Of a stretch of 64,000 bases of DNA, positions 44,256 to 52,645 are shown piece by piece. Every line of letters starts with the position of its first letter. Within the stretch, counting starts at the first letter, position 1. Under the pieces are notes generated by a model. That model was not told the DNA's origin. It made no database searches and saw only the letters and a program-made list of their open reading frames with translations. The translations under genes were made by a program, and so were the position numbers. Source of the stretch: an uncultured Desulfarculales bacterium (GTDB lineage: Bacteria > Desulfobacterota > Desulfarculia > Desulfarculales > JAHJDS01); assembly GCA_964569795.1 (NCBI GenBank), contig CAZMVB010000007.1, positions 60,014 through 124,013 on the forward strand, in the 5' to 3' direction.

Positions 44256-46184
44256 TCAACCCATGTACAGTCTGAGAAACACGTTGATCACCAGCAGAGT
44301 CAGAATGGTTATCGGTATCATGGCCCGGGTTCGGGTCCGTTGATCTTCAAAGACCCCGACCAGGCTGGCTCTCCCGCGGCTGAGCCCGAAGTAAAGTCCG
44401 GCCAGCAGCAGGGTTCCCTGAATGTAGGGGATGCTCTCCGGCCAGAAGGGCCGGTACGGAACGCTGGCCGTTCCCAGGAGATTCCAGCCCAGCCCCAAAG
44501 GATCGGACAGGACCGCCAGGATATAACTGTAGTTGATCATCACCTGGGGGAGACTGAAGGCGATCCAGGTGAAGATGCCCACCGGAATGAATACGTAGGC
44601 CAGCGGCTTGGCCATTTCCCGCCAGGGAAGCGGTTTTCCCGCAAGTTTTTGTCCGGCCTTCACGGCGGTCATGAACAGGCCCGGGAACACGACCAGGGTC
44701 AGCGCCAGCACGGCCCCCACGTAGATCAAAAACGGCAGGAGGTGGTGGGTCTCGGTGACGTTGGCCGCCTGTTTGATGACGTTCCAGGGGCCGAGCATGG
44801 TCACGCTGAAGACGAAGGCGACCGCCACCATGATCAGGACATTGAAGACCTCGTCCATGCCCCTAAGACCGAGGTCCGAACCAAAGGGCCTGATGAACAG
44901 GCCGATGTTGTCCTTGGGACAGCTCTTGACGCACTCGGTGCACAGGCCGCAGTAGTTGTTGCGGGTCATCTTGCCGGGATACTGACCCCAGGGGCAGGCC
45001 CAGCCGCGCTCGCCGCCCAGGAGGCACTCTTTTTCCTTGTGTTTCTTGCACACCTCAGGGTCGATCGCCCTCAACTCGCTGCAGGCGGCCATGGAATAGG
45101 TGCCCAGGAACCCGCCCACCGGACAGACGAACCGACAGAAGGACCGGCCCCGGAAGATCAGGGACAGGACCAGGGTCGCGGCCAGAATGATCAGGAACAA
45201 CACCGCCGTGGCCACCGGTCGGGTGATCAGGATGATGCCGAACGAAATCAAGACCAGGAACAAAATGTTCTGAAGCCAGATGTTGTTCAGCCGCCGGGGC
45301 CAGTCACGGTTGAGCCCCAGAAAGCGGTGGTGAAGTCTCTTGAACGGCTCCTTGAAATACCTCACCGTCGTGATCCTCATGCGGGACAGCCATTCCCCGG
45401 GCGCGGGGAGGGGGCACATCATGCACCACACCCGGCCTCCGAAAGGCAGCATCACCGCCTTGAGGAGGGTCCACCACAGGATCCAGACAAAAATGATGGC
45501 GATGTTGCGGTTGCCCACCGGACTGCCCCAGAAGGCACTCAGGATGAAGAGGTAAAAGAAGACCAGATTGGGGAGGATGACGATGAACTGAAAGCTGCGG
45601 GCCTTGAACGCCTTCTTGAGCCAGGGCAGCTTGTCAAAGAGGTTGATGTGCCGCCTCTGCCGCGGGGCGGCCGGACCGAAGCCGAACCACAGCAGAAGGG
45701 CCAGGGCCATCCCGATCGAGAGCGACACGGCCAGGTGATAGGGCAGATTGTCGCGAACGATGAGCTCCCCGGTCATGAAGGGGTGCAGGCTCCCGCAGGT
45801 CTGGGTGCAGCGAAAGGTGAACTTACCCCGCTTGTCGGCCTTGAACTTGATCTGGCGGACCTTGTCCCAGTCGGTGTGGACCTTCCCGTGGTCGTCCTTC
45901 CAGGCATACTTGAGAAACATCAGGCCCTGCTGCTTGATCACGGCATCGATACCGTAGGCCTCGAGCAGAAAGCCGTGGGTGACGTCCAGGGAGGTGGCCC
46001 TGATGATGAGGGTGTCGCCCTTGTTGACGATGATCCGGGGCGGGGTGTAGCCGTACTTCCGGGCCTTCAGATTGATGACCCTGGTCCGGGGCTTCGGAGA
46101 TCCGGCGAGGCGCCACAGGAAAGGGACGGCCACGGCCACCGCCAGCGTGGCGGCGATGGCCGCCATCAGCTTGGGTCGGGTCAC
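44256..46184 (-). CDS. NapH/NosR-like polyferredoxin membrane protein with N-terminal CuA-motif cupredoxin domain
   Basis: N-terminal anchor, then DVTHGF ... FRCTQTCGSLHPFM (H...CxxxCxxxHxxM). About 8-10 TM segments with CMMCPLP and CRFVCPVGG (CX3CP). Cytoplasmic CGLCTECVKSCP plus a second Cys cluster. Confidence 0.8.
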   Translation of the reverse strand: MTRPKLMAAIAATLAVAVAVPFLWRLAGSPKPRTRVINLKARKYGYTPPRIIVNKGDTLIIRATSLDVTHGFLLEAYGIDAVIKQQGLMFLKYAWKDDHGKVHTDWDKVRQIKFKADKRGKFTFRCTQTCGSLHPFMTGELIVRDNLPYHLAVSLSIGMALALLLWFGFGPAAPRQRRHINLFDKLPWLKKAFKARSFQFIVILPNLVFFYLFILSAFWGSPVGNRNIAIIFVWILWWTLLKAVMLPFGGRVWCMMCPLPAPGEWLSRMRITTVRYFKEPFKRLHHRFLGLNRDWPRRLNNIWLQNILFLVLISFGIILITRPVATAVLFLIILAATLVLSLIFRGRSFCRFVCPVGGFLGTYSMAACSELRAIDPEVCKKHKEKECLLGGERGWACPWGQYPGKMTRNNYCGLCTECVKSCPKDNIGLFIRPFGSDLGLRGMDEVFNVLIMVAVAFVFSVTMLGPWNVIKQAANVTETHHLLPFLIYVGAVLALTLVVFPGLFMTAVKAGQKLAGKPLPWREMAKPLAYVFIPVGIFTWIAFSLPQVMINYSYILAVLSDPLGLGWNLLGTASVPYRPFWPESIPYIQGTLLLAGLYFGLSRGRASLVGVFEDQRTRTRAMIPITILTLLVINVFLRLYMG

Positions 46185-46191
46185 GATCCAC

Positions 46192-46881
46192 CTATCGCTT
46201 GTAGAGAACGCCCGGCGCGCCCCGCCTGGGTTTCAAGACGACCGTGACCTGTCCCGTGGCCGGGACCGTGACCGTGGCCCGGGAGGTACCCAGTTTCTCG
46301 TGCCAGGTCTTCACCAGATAGGTCCCGGCCGGAAGCCCCGGCACCCCTTTGATTCCGACTCGATTCAGATACGCCGCGTCGGGAATGGTGAAGCTCCCGT
46401 CCGGACCGGTGACCGCGAAGTAGGGATTTCTAAGCACCATGATATAGGCCCGCATCTCCTGGTGGACGTCGCACCTGAGTTCGACCACTCCGGCGCGATC
46501 GAAAACGACCGTCCTCCTCTCGCCCGGCTTGTAGCTGCCCAGGTTGAACTTCTTGGCCCGGGACAGGCTGAAGATGTTGTGGGCGACCTTGTCGTTGTTG
46601 GGAAACAGGACCCTCGATCCGACCAGGACCGGCAGCATATGGGGAATGAAGGTCAGCCTCCGCTGATCCATCACGAATCTGGTTCCCGATAGGAATCTGG
46701 TTCCCGATAGATTGACGGCCACCTTGGGGGCCCGCACAACATAGACCAGGATATTGGCCGGCGACCTGAGGCCCATGGGCTTGACCACGCCCTTGATTGT
46801 GCCCGCCGCGGCGGTGGTGATGACTATCAAACCCATGGCCAGAGCCATGATCGGGATAGAGACGAAGACGTATCGACGCAT
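46192..46881 (-). CDS. secreted cupredoxin-like protein with C-terminal carboxypeptidase-regulatory-like beta domain
   Basis: Signal/anchor sequence. Candidate type-1-Cu ligands in DKVAHNIF ... LRCDVHQEMRAYIMV. C-terminal segment FAVTGPDGSFTIPD...GTYLVKTWHE. Confidence 0.7.
   Translation of the reverse strand: MRRYVFVSIPIMALAMGLIVITTAAAGTIKGVVKPMGLRSPANILVYVVRAPKVAVNLSGTRFLSGTRFVMDQRRLTFIPHMLPVLVGSRVLFPNNDKVAHNIFSLSRAKKFNLGSYKPGERRTVVFDRAGVVELRCDVHQEMRAYIMVLRNPYFAVTGPDGSFTIPDAAYLNRVGIKGVPGLPAGTYLVKTWHEKLGTSRATVTVPATGQVTVVLKPRRGAPGVLYKR
46675..46710 (-). repeat. perfect in-frame 18-bp tandem duplication inside the cupredoxin-like gene
   Basis: gaatctggttcccgatag occurs twice in tandem (46675-46692 and 46693-46710), encoding the duplicated peptide LSGTRFLSGTRF. 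Confidence 0.95.
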
Positions 46882-46896
46882 CTTGGATTTCCTTTC

Positions 46897-48627
46897 CTAC
46901 CATGCCTTTTGAGTAATCAAGATGTCCTTTACCCGCCAGCCCTTGATCCGAGCCAGGGGTCTGACCACGGGCCGATAGATGAGCTTGGCCAGGGCCGACG
47001 GCTCGTCATTGGGGTTGGTCAGGGCGTACACGAACTCGAGGGTGACCGTCTTCTTGGGCCTGATCCGGTTGTCCTGGACGATCCTGGTCGCCCGCCAGAA
47101 GGGGACGTTCAGGTGGCCCCGGTCGTCGGCCAGGACCCGGGCGAAGATGGCGCCCGGCAGGCCGGCGTAGTTGCCGTCCGTTGGTTTGCCCCGCCCGGCC
47201 CACCAGGGCAGGCGTCCGCCCTTCACCAGCTTCAGGGCCTTTCCGGCCGAGTCCTTGGCCGAGACCAACAGAATGACGTTGCGCATCGTTTCCCCGGTGG
47301 GCACCCAGTGGCCACCGTTGGTGTTGGAGATGTGGACCTTGATGACCAGGCGGTTACCCTTGATCTTGCCCTCCAGCTCCATGCCCAGGGCATTTTGCAA
47401 CTGTGTCCGGGTGCCGCCCTCGAAAAGGTGCGGGGTTATACTGCTCGGCGATCGGTAAACGCCCCACATGCGCCGAGCCATGCCGTCGACCAGATAGTGA
47501 TCGTAGGGTAGCAGTCGCTTCTCCCAGCCCATGTGGCAGGATTGGCATCGCTTGCCCTTGTTCGGGTCCCGGGGGCCCAGAGAGTCCTGCCACTGCTTCC
47601 ACTCGTTATAGGTCGTTTGAATCGGCAGCCAGGCGTTCCCCTTGAGGCCGAAGCCGGCCCATTCTCGGGCGGTGTAGATCTTGGACCAATCCCACTTCCT
47701 GCCCCGGGCCGGTCGCCGGAAGTGGCTGTGACAGGTCGAACAAAAACGCCCCTGGCCAAAAACGGGACTGTAGGAAGCGGCCATGGGCGGGGCCACGGTG
47801 TCGTCATAGGGTCCGAAGACCATAATCCAGCGCCGACTCCACTGCCGCTCGAGGACTGCCGAGGCGTGTCCGGGCTTGCGCATGTCAGGGACCACCTGCC
47901 GCACCTTGTGGCAGTAATCGCAACTGATCCCGGTCCACTCCGTGCGCCGCGAGCGGGCAATGGTTCTCAGGTCCAAGGATCGAGCCGGATTGGCCGCCGC
48001 CGTCGGGGCGTGACACACCGCGCAGGACCCCTCTTGACGGGGATTGTCGCGGCGCCAGCCCGGTCCCCGACGCAACCTGCCCCCGGCGGCGGTGCCGTAA
48101 TACATGTCCCAAAGCAGGGGGTTGGCCAGCGCCCGGGACATTTTCGCCCCGGCCCAGATGCGGGTCACCTTGGTATGGCACATGAAGCAGATTCGCGGGG
48201 ATAAGAAGATGTACCCCGGCTGATCCCCCAAAAAGAGGGGCGCCATGACCAGGTTGCCGACATTGCCGCCCCGACCAAGGCGGCCGGCGCTGTTGAACCA
48301 GCCGGCCTTGCCCGCCGTGACCAGCAACCGGCCCCGCCGGGGCAGGGGTGACCGCAACACGAAACGTCCTCGGGCGTCGGTCAGGACCATTTTGTCCTGT
48401 CCCTGGACCCGGACCCTGGCCCCGGCCACGGGGCCGTACCGGGATGTCACCCGCCCGGTGAAGATGTACTCCGGCGGTTTCGGCTTGTTGGGGACCGCTC
48501 GGGAGGCGACCCGGGGGGAAGCCGCGGTGGCCGGCCTCCTGGTTTCTTGAGCGATGGCGCAGGCGAACACGACCCCCAGGACCAGAGTGCCCGCTGAAAA
48601 GGCCAGGAATAAATTTCGCGAAGCCAT
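46897..48627 (-). CDS. pentaheme c-type cytochrome with N-terminal carboxypeptidase-regulatory-like domain
   Basis: Five CxxCH motifs: CFMCH, CAVCH, CDYCH, CSTCH, CQSCH. Signal peptide. GGGGGGAGG RBS. Confidence 0.85.
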   Translation of the reverse strand: MASRNLFLAFSAGTLVLGVVFACAIAQETRRPATAASPRVASRAVPNKPKPPEYIFTGRVTSRYGPVAGARVRVQGQDKMVLTDARGRFVLRSPLPRRGRLLVTAGKAGWFNSAGRLGRGGNVGNLVMAPLFLGDQPGYIFLSPRICFMCHTKVTRIWAGAKMSRALANPLLWDMYYGTAAGGRLRRGPGWRRDNPRQEGSCAVCHAPTAAANPARSLDLRTIARSRRTEWTGISCDYCHKVRQVVPDMRKPGHASAVLERQWSRRWIMVFGPYDDTVAPPMAASYSPVFGQGRFCSTCHSHFRRPARGRKWDWSKIYTAREWAGFGLKGNAWLPIQTTYNEWKQWQDSLGPRDPNKGKRCQSCHMGWEKRLLPYDHYLVDGMARRMWGVYRSPSSITPHLFEGGTRTQLQNALGMELEGKIKGNRLVIKVHISNTNGGHWVPTGETMRNVILLVSAKDSAGKALKLVKGGRLPWWAGRGKPTDGNYAGLPGAIFARVLADDRGHLNVPFWRATRIVQDNRIRPKKTVTLEFVYALTNPNDEPSALAKLIYRPVVRPLARIKGWRVKDILITQKAW

Positions 48628-48729
48628 TACCTCCCCCCTTCATCTTCACAGAATCTTATCGGGCAGACGGAAGTGCCGCCGCGGCGCTGGCGGCTGAACG
48701 GCTTCCGAAATCCTCTGGTCCGCTCCGCG

Positions 48730-49200
48730 TTATCCCCGGACCACCAGGGTTCCCTGCATCTTCTTGTGCTGATCCCCGCAGATGATGTTGCACGAGAAGG
48801 TGAATCGGCCTGCCTTGTTCGCCCGGAAGGTCACGATGGTCACCTTGCCGGGACGAATGCCGTCCTTGACAAAGATCCCGAAGTCCTTGAGGCTGAAGCC
48901 GTGAATGACGTCACTGCTGGTGAGTTTGAACACCACCAGGTCGCCCTTGTGGACGGTCAGCACCGGTTTGATGAGCCGGCCGCCGGTCAGGTCGAGGGCC
49001 GCGAGGTCAACCCCCGAGACCCGGCCGGGAAGCCACCCCAGTTGATAATTGCCCGTCAGGGTGAACACCTTGGCCCCCCGGGGCAGCTTGGACCGCCACA
49101 GGTAATGGTCATAGGCCCCGATCCCCAGGGGCAGGCCCACCAGGATAAACAATATCAGCAGCAAGGCTACGATGTCCACTTTGAGAATTCGTTTTCGCAT
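48730..49200 (-). CDS. membrane-anchored CuA-type cupredoxin (COX2/NosZ C-terminal-like)
   Basis: N-terminal TM helix. DVIHGF, then 36 residues, then CNIICGDQHKKM, which matches H...CxxxCxxxHxxM. Confidence 0.75.
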   Translation of the reverse strand: MRKRILKVDIVALLLILFILVGLPLGIGAYDHYLWRSKLPRGAKVFTLTGNYQLGWLPGRVSGVDLAALDLTGGRLIKPVLTVHKGDLVVFKLTSSDVIHGFSLKDFGIFVKDGIRPGKVTIVTFRANKAGRFTFSCNIICGDQHKKMQGTLVVRG

Positions 49201-49274
49201 GATGTCTGACCTTGTTGGCTCAGGGCCACGGCCCGGCCCCTCTTCGGATTTCCTCTCGTGCCTGTCCCCAGAGG

Positions 49275-49676
49275 TTAAATGGGCCTGACCATGCCCGTTG
49301 TCTTATCCACGGCGTACCGTTGGACGGTCTTGCCGCCGGACTTGACGTTGAACTCGAAATAGGAGCCGGCGTCCTGACCGCCGGACACCCGGAACTTGGG
49401 ATTGATTCGAGCCACGATGCCTCGCACGATCTCACGCGCCCGGTCCAGGGTCACCGTCCCGCGCTGGTAAATCCTGCCCGACCGAGGCTGGCTCCAACGG
49501 TTGGTATTCTGGCCACGGTAGTTGGTCATCATCGAGCAGCCTTGCCCGGCCGCGCCCATGCGGTAACCCAGGGTCTGGGCCAGGGCCGTCTGGACCGCGG
49601 GAAAAACAGTGACCAGGGCCAACCCGGTCAAAACCACCAGGCCGATTCCGGCCAGGACGGAATATTTCTTTTTCAT
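49275..49676 (-). CDS. small exported PepSY-like protein
   Basis: Signal peptide MKKKYSVLAGIGLVVLTGLALV. AAGGAGG RBS. The C-terminal beta-rich segment ends in ...YAVDKTTGMVRPI, PepSY-like. The function call is weak. Confidence 0.55.
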   Translation of the reverse strand: MKKKYSVLAGIGLVVLTGLALVTVFPAVQTALAQTLGYRMGAAGQGCSMMTNYRGQNTNRWSQPRSGRIYQRGTVTLDRAREIVRGIVARINPKFRVSGGQDAGSYFEFNVKSGGKTVQRYAVDKTTGMVRPI

Positions 49677-49718
49677 AGTAGCCCGACCTCCTTGCTAGTG
49701 TTCTGCCCGGGGTGCATG

Positions 49719-49734
49719 AGCAACTTCCTTGCCA
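49719..49734 (-). promoter_or_regulatory. sigma-54 promoter (near-consensus) for the Cu/heme/FeS cluster
   Basis: The minus strand reads TGGCAAGGAAGTTGCT, against the consensus TGGCAC-N5-TTGCW, with correct GG/GC spacing. About 45 nt upstream of the ATG at 49676. Confidence 0.65.
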
Positions 49735-50588
49735 AACCACAGGCGACACAAGGGGATGGTTACATATCTACTTGATATGGCGGTGTAAATGTGATGAACA
49801 TCCTGGCGCCAACCGGAATGTCCCATTGATCAGGTGTATAAATTTTATACGGTAGGTCGCTGAGGAAACGGCCCCAGGAATCTCGTGAAAACCTGGACTT
49901 CACCCCTTGGACGGTCTTGAGGTCGTGACCTGACGGCCCCAACCCATAAGTGGAAATCAAAAGAGATGGCCTTCAGATGTGACGCCATGATACGCGGAAT
50001 CTCCAGCAACCTGATGGCTGCCAAGCCTTCCCACCGTCCGGTTTGGCGGGCCGGGACAGGCGGTCGCATTCCGGGTAGAGAAGAGGCCCCCTGATAATAA
50101 CCGGACGGCGATTCAGGTACGCGTAATTCCTACGCTGTGCCAACCCGATTGAGTAATCTTTACGCGCTAGTCTCAGACAACGGCCGGTCCTACGACGAAT
50201 ATACTCAGACCATATGATATCAAATTATTTGTCTGGCTGGCGGCAATCTGGGACATCACTTGCCGTATATAAAAACAACAAGGTCGCGAAACGAATCAGG
50301 CCACCTAAAAAATGAGGCAGTGGGGAGGCCGTCATGAAAGGTTGGGGGACACAACAAGATGATCACCCGACCTCGGGCGGGGCGTCCGCGGCCGACATGG
50401 CCGCCGGCAAGGGCGCGCTCGAGCGGTGCCGGGTCCGGCTGGATGCCTATCGTCGGTCCAGTCCTGGTCAACGGTAGGAAATCGATTGCCTGTATTTTGC
50501 CCGCAAAACTGTATCGCCATGAAAGGCTTTCAGGACCATCCGAAAAATGCTTGAATTAAATCAACCCATTTTGGTCATGGATTTCATT

Positions 50589-50665
50589 TGGCGCGCCAGG
50601 CAGGACTCGAACCTGCGACCTGCGGATTAGAAGTCCGCTGCTCTATCCACCTGAGCTACTGGCGC
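50589..50665 (-). tRNA. tRNA-Arg (anticodon UCU), CCA encoded
   Basis: The reverse complement folds by hand into a cloverleaf. Acceptor stem GCGCCAG/CTGGCGC, D arm GCTC-AGGTGGATA-GAGC, anticodon arm GCGGA-CTTCTAA-TCCGC, T arm GCAGG-TTCGAGT-CCTGC, discriminator G, then CCA. Confidence 0.95.
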
Positions 50666-50825
50666 CGAAGATAGGGCAGTATAAGCCGTGCCCCCCTGGT
50701 TGACAAGGACTATGCCCGGCCGGGCCACCCCCCCATGACGGTCGTTTCATGGCAAGGACGTTGACCTGCCCGGCCGGAGACTGATACATATCAGGGGCGC
50801 CAAGACGCCATGAAGGGGGCGCCTC

Positions 50826-51725
50826 GTGACCAGCCGACACCGAATCGAAGGCACCTTCCTGGGACTCTCCCGGGACCAAACCCCCTGGGCCACGGCCCGG
50901 GCGGTCATCCTCCCGGCGCCCCTGGACACCGACCCCCAGGCCGGACTGGACCTGGCCCCAGGGCCGGCCGCCGTCCTGGCCGCCTCGGCCGGCCTCGACC
51001 CCTACGACCATGAACTGGACCGGGAGACGGCGGACCTGCACACGGCCAAGGCCCTCGATTTCAGCGGCGCCGATCCCGCCGCCGCGGTCAAGACCGTGGC
51101 CAACGCCACCGAACGCTGGCTCAAGCGGGGCAAGTTCGTCCTGGTCCTGGGCGGCGAGCAGACCGTGACCCTGGGGACGACCCTGGCCCACTTGCGCCGG
51201 GGCCGCTCCTTCGGGGTCCTCCACCTTTCGGCCCGGGCCAACCTGAATCCCGACCATCAGGGCCGGGCCTTTGGCCCGTCCTGCGTGGGCGCCCGGTTGC
51301 TCGAGGCCGGATTGTCCCTGACCGGGCTGGGCTGGCGGGGGCTGAGCCGGGCCGAACGCCAGGCCGCGGCCGATCCCCGGATCCAGGCCTTTTTCCCCGA
51401 CAAACTCGACTGGGGCGGCGACTGGATCGGATTGATCCTGGACCGGCTGCCAGACCCGATCTATCTCTCCCTGGACCTGAGCGTCCTCGATCCGGGCCTG
51501 ATGCCCGACGTGGCCCATCCCTTGCCCGGCGGCCTGACCTGGCGGGAACTGACCGCCTTTCTGGGGCGGCTCTTCGCCGTCCGGCGGGTGATCGGGGCGG
51601 ACGTGGTCCAGTATCGCCCCGGTCCCCTGAGCCGGTCCACGGCCCTGGCGACCGCCTGGCTGGTCCATCGGCTGATGGGCCTGGCCCTGCCGCCCGTGGC
51701 GGCGGCCCCGGGAGCCGGGGTCTGA
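50826..51725 (+). CDS. arginase/agmatinase-fold protein with degenerate metal-binding motifs
   Basis: Ureohydrolase-like blocks are present but substituted. GGEQT replaces GGDHS, LSARAN replaces DAHxD, SLDLSVLDP replaces SxDxDxxDP, and DVVQ replaces DxxE. GTG start. Confidence 0.75.
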   Translation: MTSRHRIEGTFLGLSRDQTPWATARAVILPAPLDTDPQAGLDLAPGPAAVLAASAGLDPYDHELDRETADLHTAKALDFSGADPAAAVKTVANATERWLKRGKFVLVLGGEQTVTLGTTLAHLRRGRSFGVLHLSARANLNPDHQGRAFGPSCVGARLLEAGLSLTGLGWRGLSRAERQAAADPRIQAFFPDKLDWGGDWIGLILDRLPDPIYLSLDLSVLDPGLMPDVAHPLPGGLTWRELTAFLGRLFAVRRVIGADVVQYRPGPLSRSTALATAWLVHRLMGLALPPVAAAPGAGV

Positions 51726-51993
51726 TCGGCCCCCGGGGCGACCTCACGACAAAATATAATATTCAATTGCGATCAGCCAGGGGGCCGGTCGCCGGCCCCG
51801 CTCCAGGGGTGATGACCGGTTCCCCGGCCCCCCCTTTCCGAGGGTGGTCGGCCGGCCACATATCCCTGGGGAACGACGGGGCGATTGAGAATTATAATAT
51901 CAATATTATCAACATATTAACCGCATTCGCCTTCGCCGTTGCGGACCGGTGGGGGCGGGGTGTGAATTTGGTCTATTTAGCTGACTTTTTTCC

Positions 51994-52022
51994 TTGACAA
52001 TGGTTGTGGCTGCGGTTATAAG
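51994..52022 (+). promoter_or_regulatory. sigma-70 promoter of aprBA
   Basis: TTGACA (51994-51999), a 17-nt spacer, then TATAAG (52017-52022), about 150 nt upstream of aprB. Confidence 0.55.
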
Positions 52023-52171
52023 TGTAAAGTCTCACAAGCGGCCAAGGGACTAGACGGGCTTCATCCGAACCGGGTCGGTCTAGGCGGGTGATTGTGTTGT
52101 TCCGACCAGAGCCGGTTGGGGTGGGCTGATCCAAATGCCAGGGAACTGGCGTTGTTAACAGGAGGGAGTAT

Positions 52172-52627
52172 ATGCCGAGTTTTGTCATTTTGGAAAAGTG
52201 CGATGGCTGCAAGGGCCAGGACAAGACGGCCTGCATGCACATCTGCCCCAACGATCTGATGATGCTGGACAAGGACGGCTCGTTGGGTTACGGGGAGATG
52301 AAGGCCTTCAACCGCGATCCTGCCATGTGCTGGGAGTGCTACAACTGTGTCAAGATCTGCCCTCAGCAGGCAGTGGACGTGCGCGGTTACGCCGACTTCG
52401 TGCCCATGGGGGCCTCGGTGGTGCCGCTGCGCGGGTCCGAGGACATCATGTGGACGGTCAAGTTCCGGGACGGCTCGCTGAAGCGGTTCAAGTTCCCCAT
52501 CCGGACTACTCCCGAAGGCACGGCCAAGCCCCTGGGCGACTTTGACGAGGGTGACGGCGACCTCAATGGCGTTAACCTGATGACCGAGCCGGCCTCGACC
52601 GGCGCCGCCAAGCTGCCGACGCTGTAG
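52172..52627 (+). CDS. aprB: adenylylsulfate (APS) reductase beta subunit
   Basis: MPSFVILEKCDGCKG...CMHICPNDLM...CWECYNCVKICP, then the characteristic C-terminal tail. AGGAGGGAG RBS. Confidence 0.95.
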   Translation: MPSFVILEKCDGCKGQDKTACMHICPNDLMMLDKDGSLGYGEMKAFNRDPAMCWECYNCVKICPQQAVDVRGYADFVPMGASVVPLRGSEDIMWTVKFRDGSLKRFKFPIRTTPEGTAKPLGDFDEGDGDLNGVNLMTEPASTGAAKLPTL

Positions 52628-52645
52628 GCGAGGAGGTATTTGCAT

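Noticed and set aside
44181-46247. 688-aa plus-strand ORF opposite the polyferredoxin gene
   Set aside because: The minus frame carries TM helices and the CX3CP and CxxCxxCxxxCP motifs. The plus-frame product is low complexity.
49760-50559. Small ORFs (66-74 aa) in the lower-GC spacer next to tRNA-Arg
   Set aside because: They have no RBS, no motifs and no consistent strand or frame. They may be decayed remnants but cannot be supported as genes.
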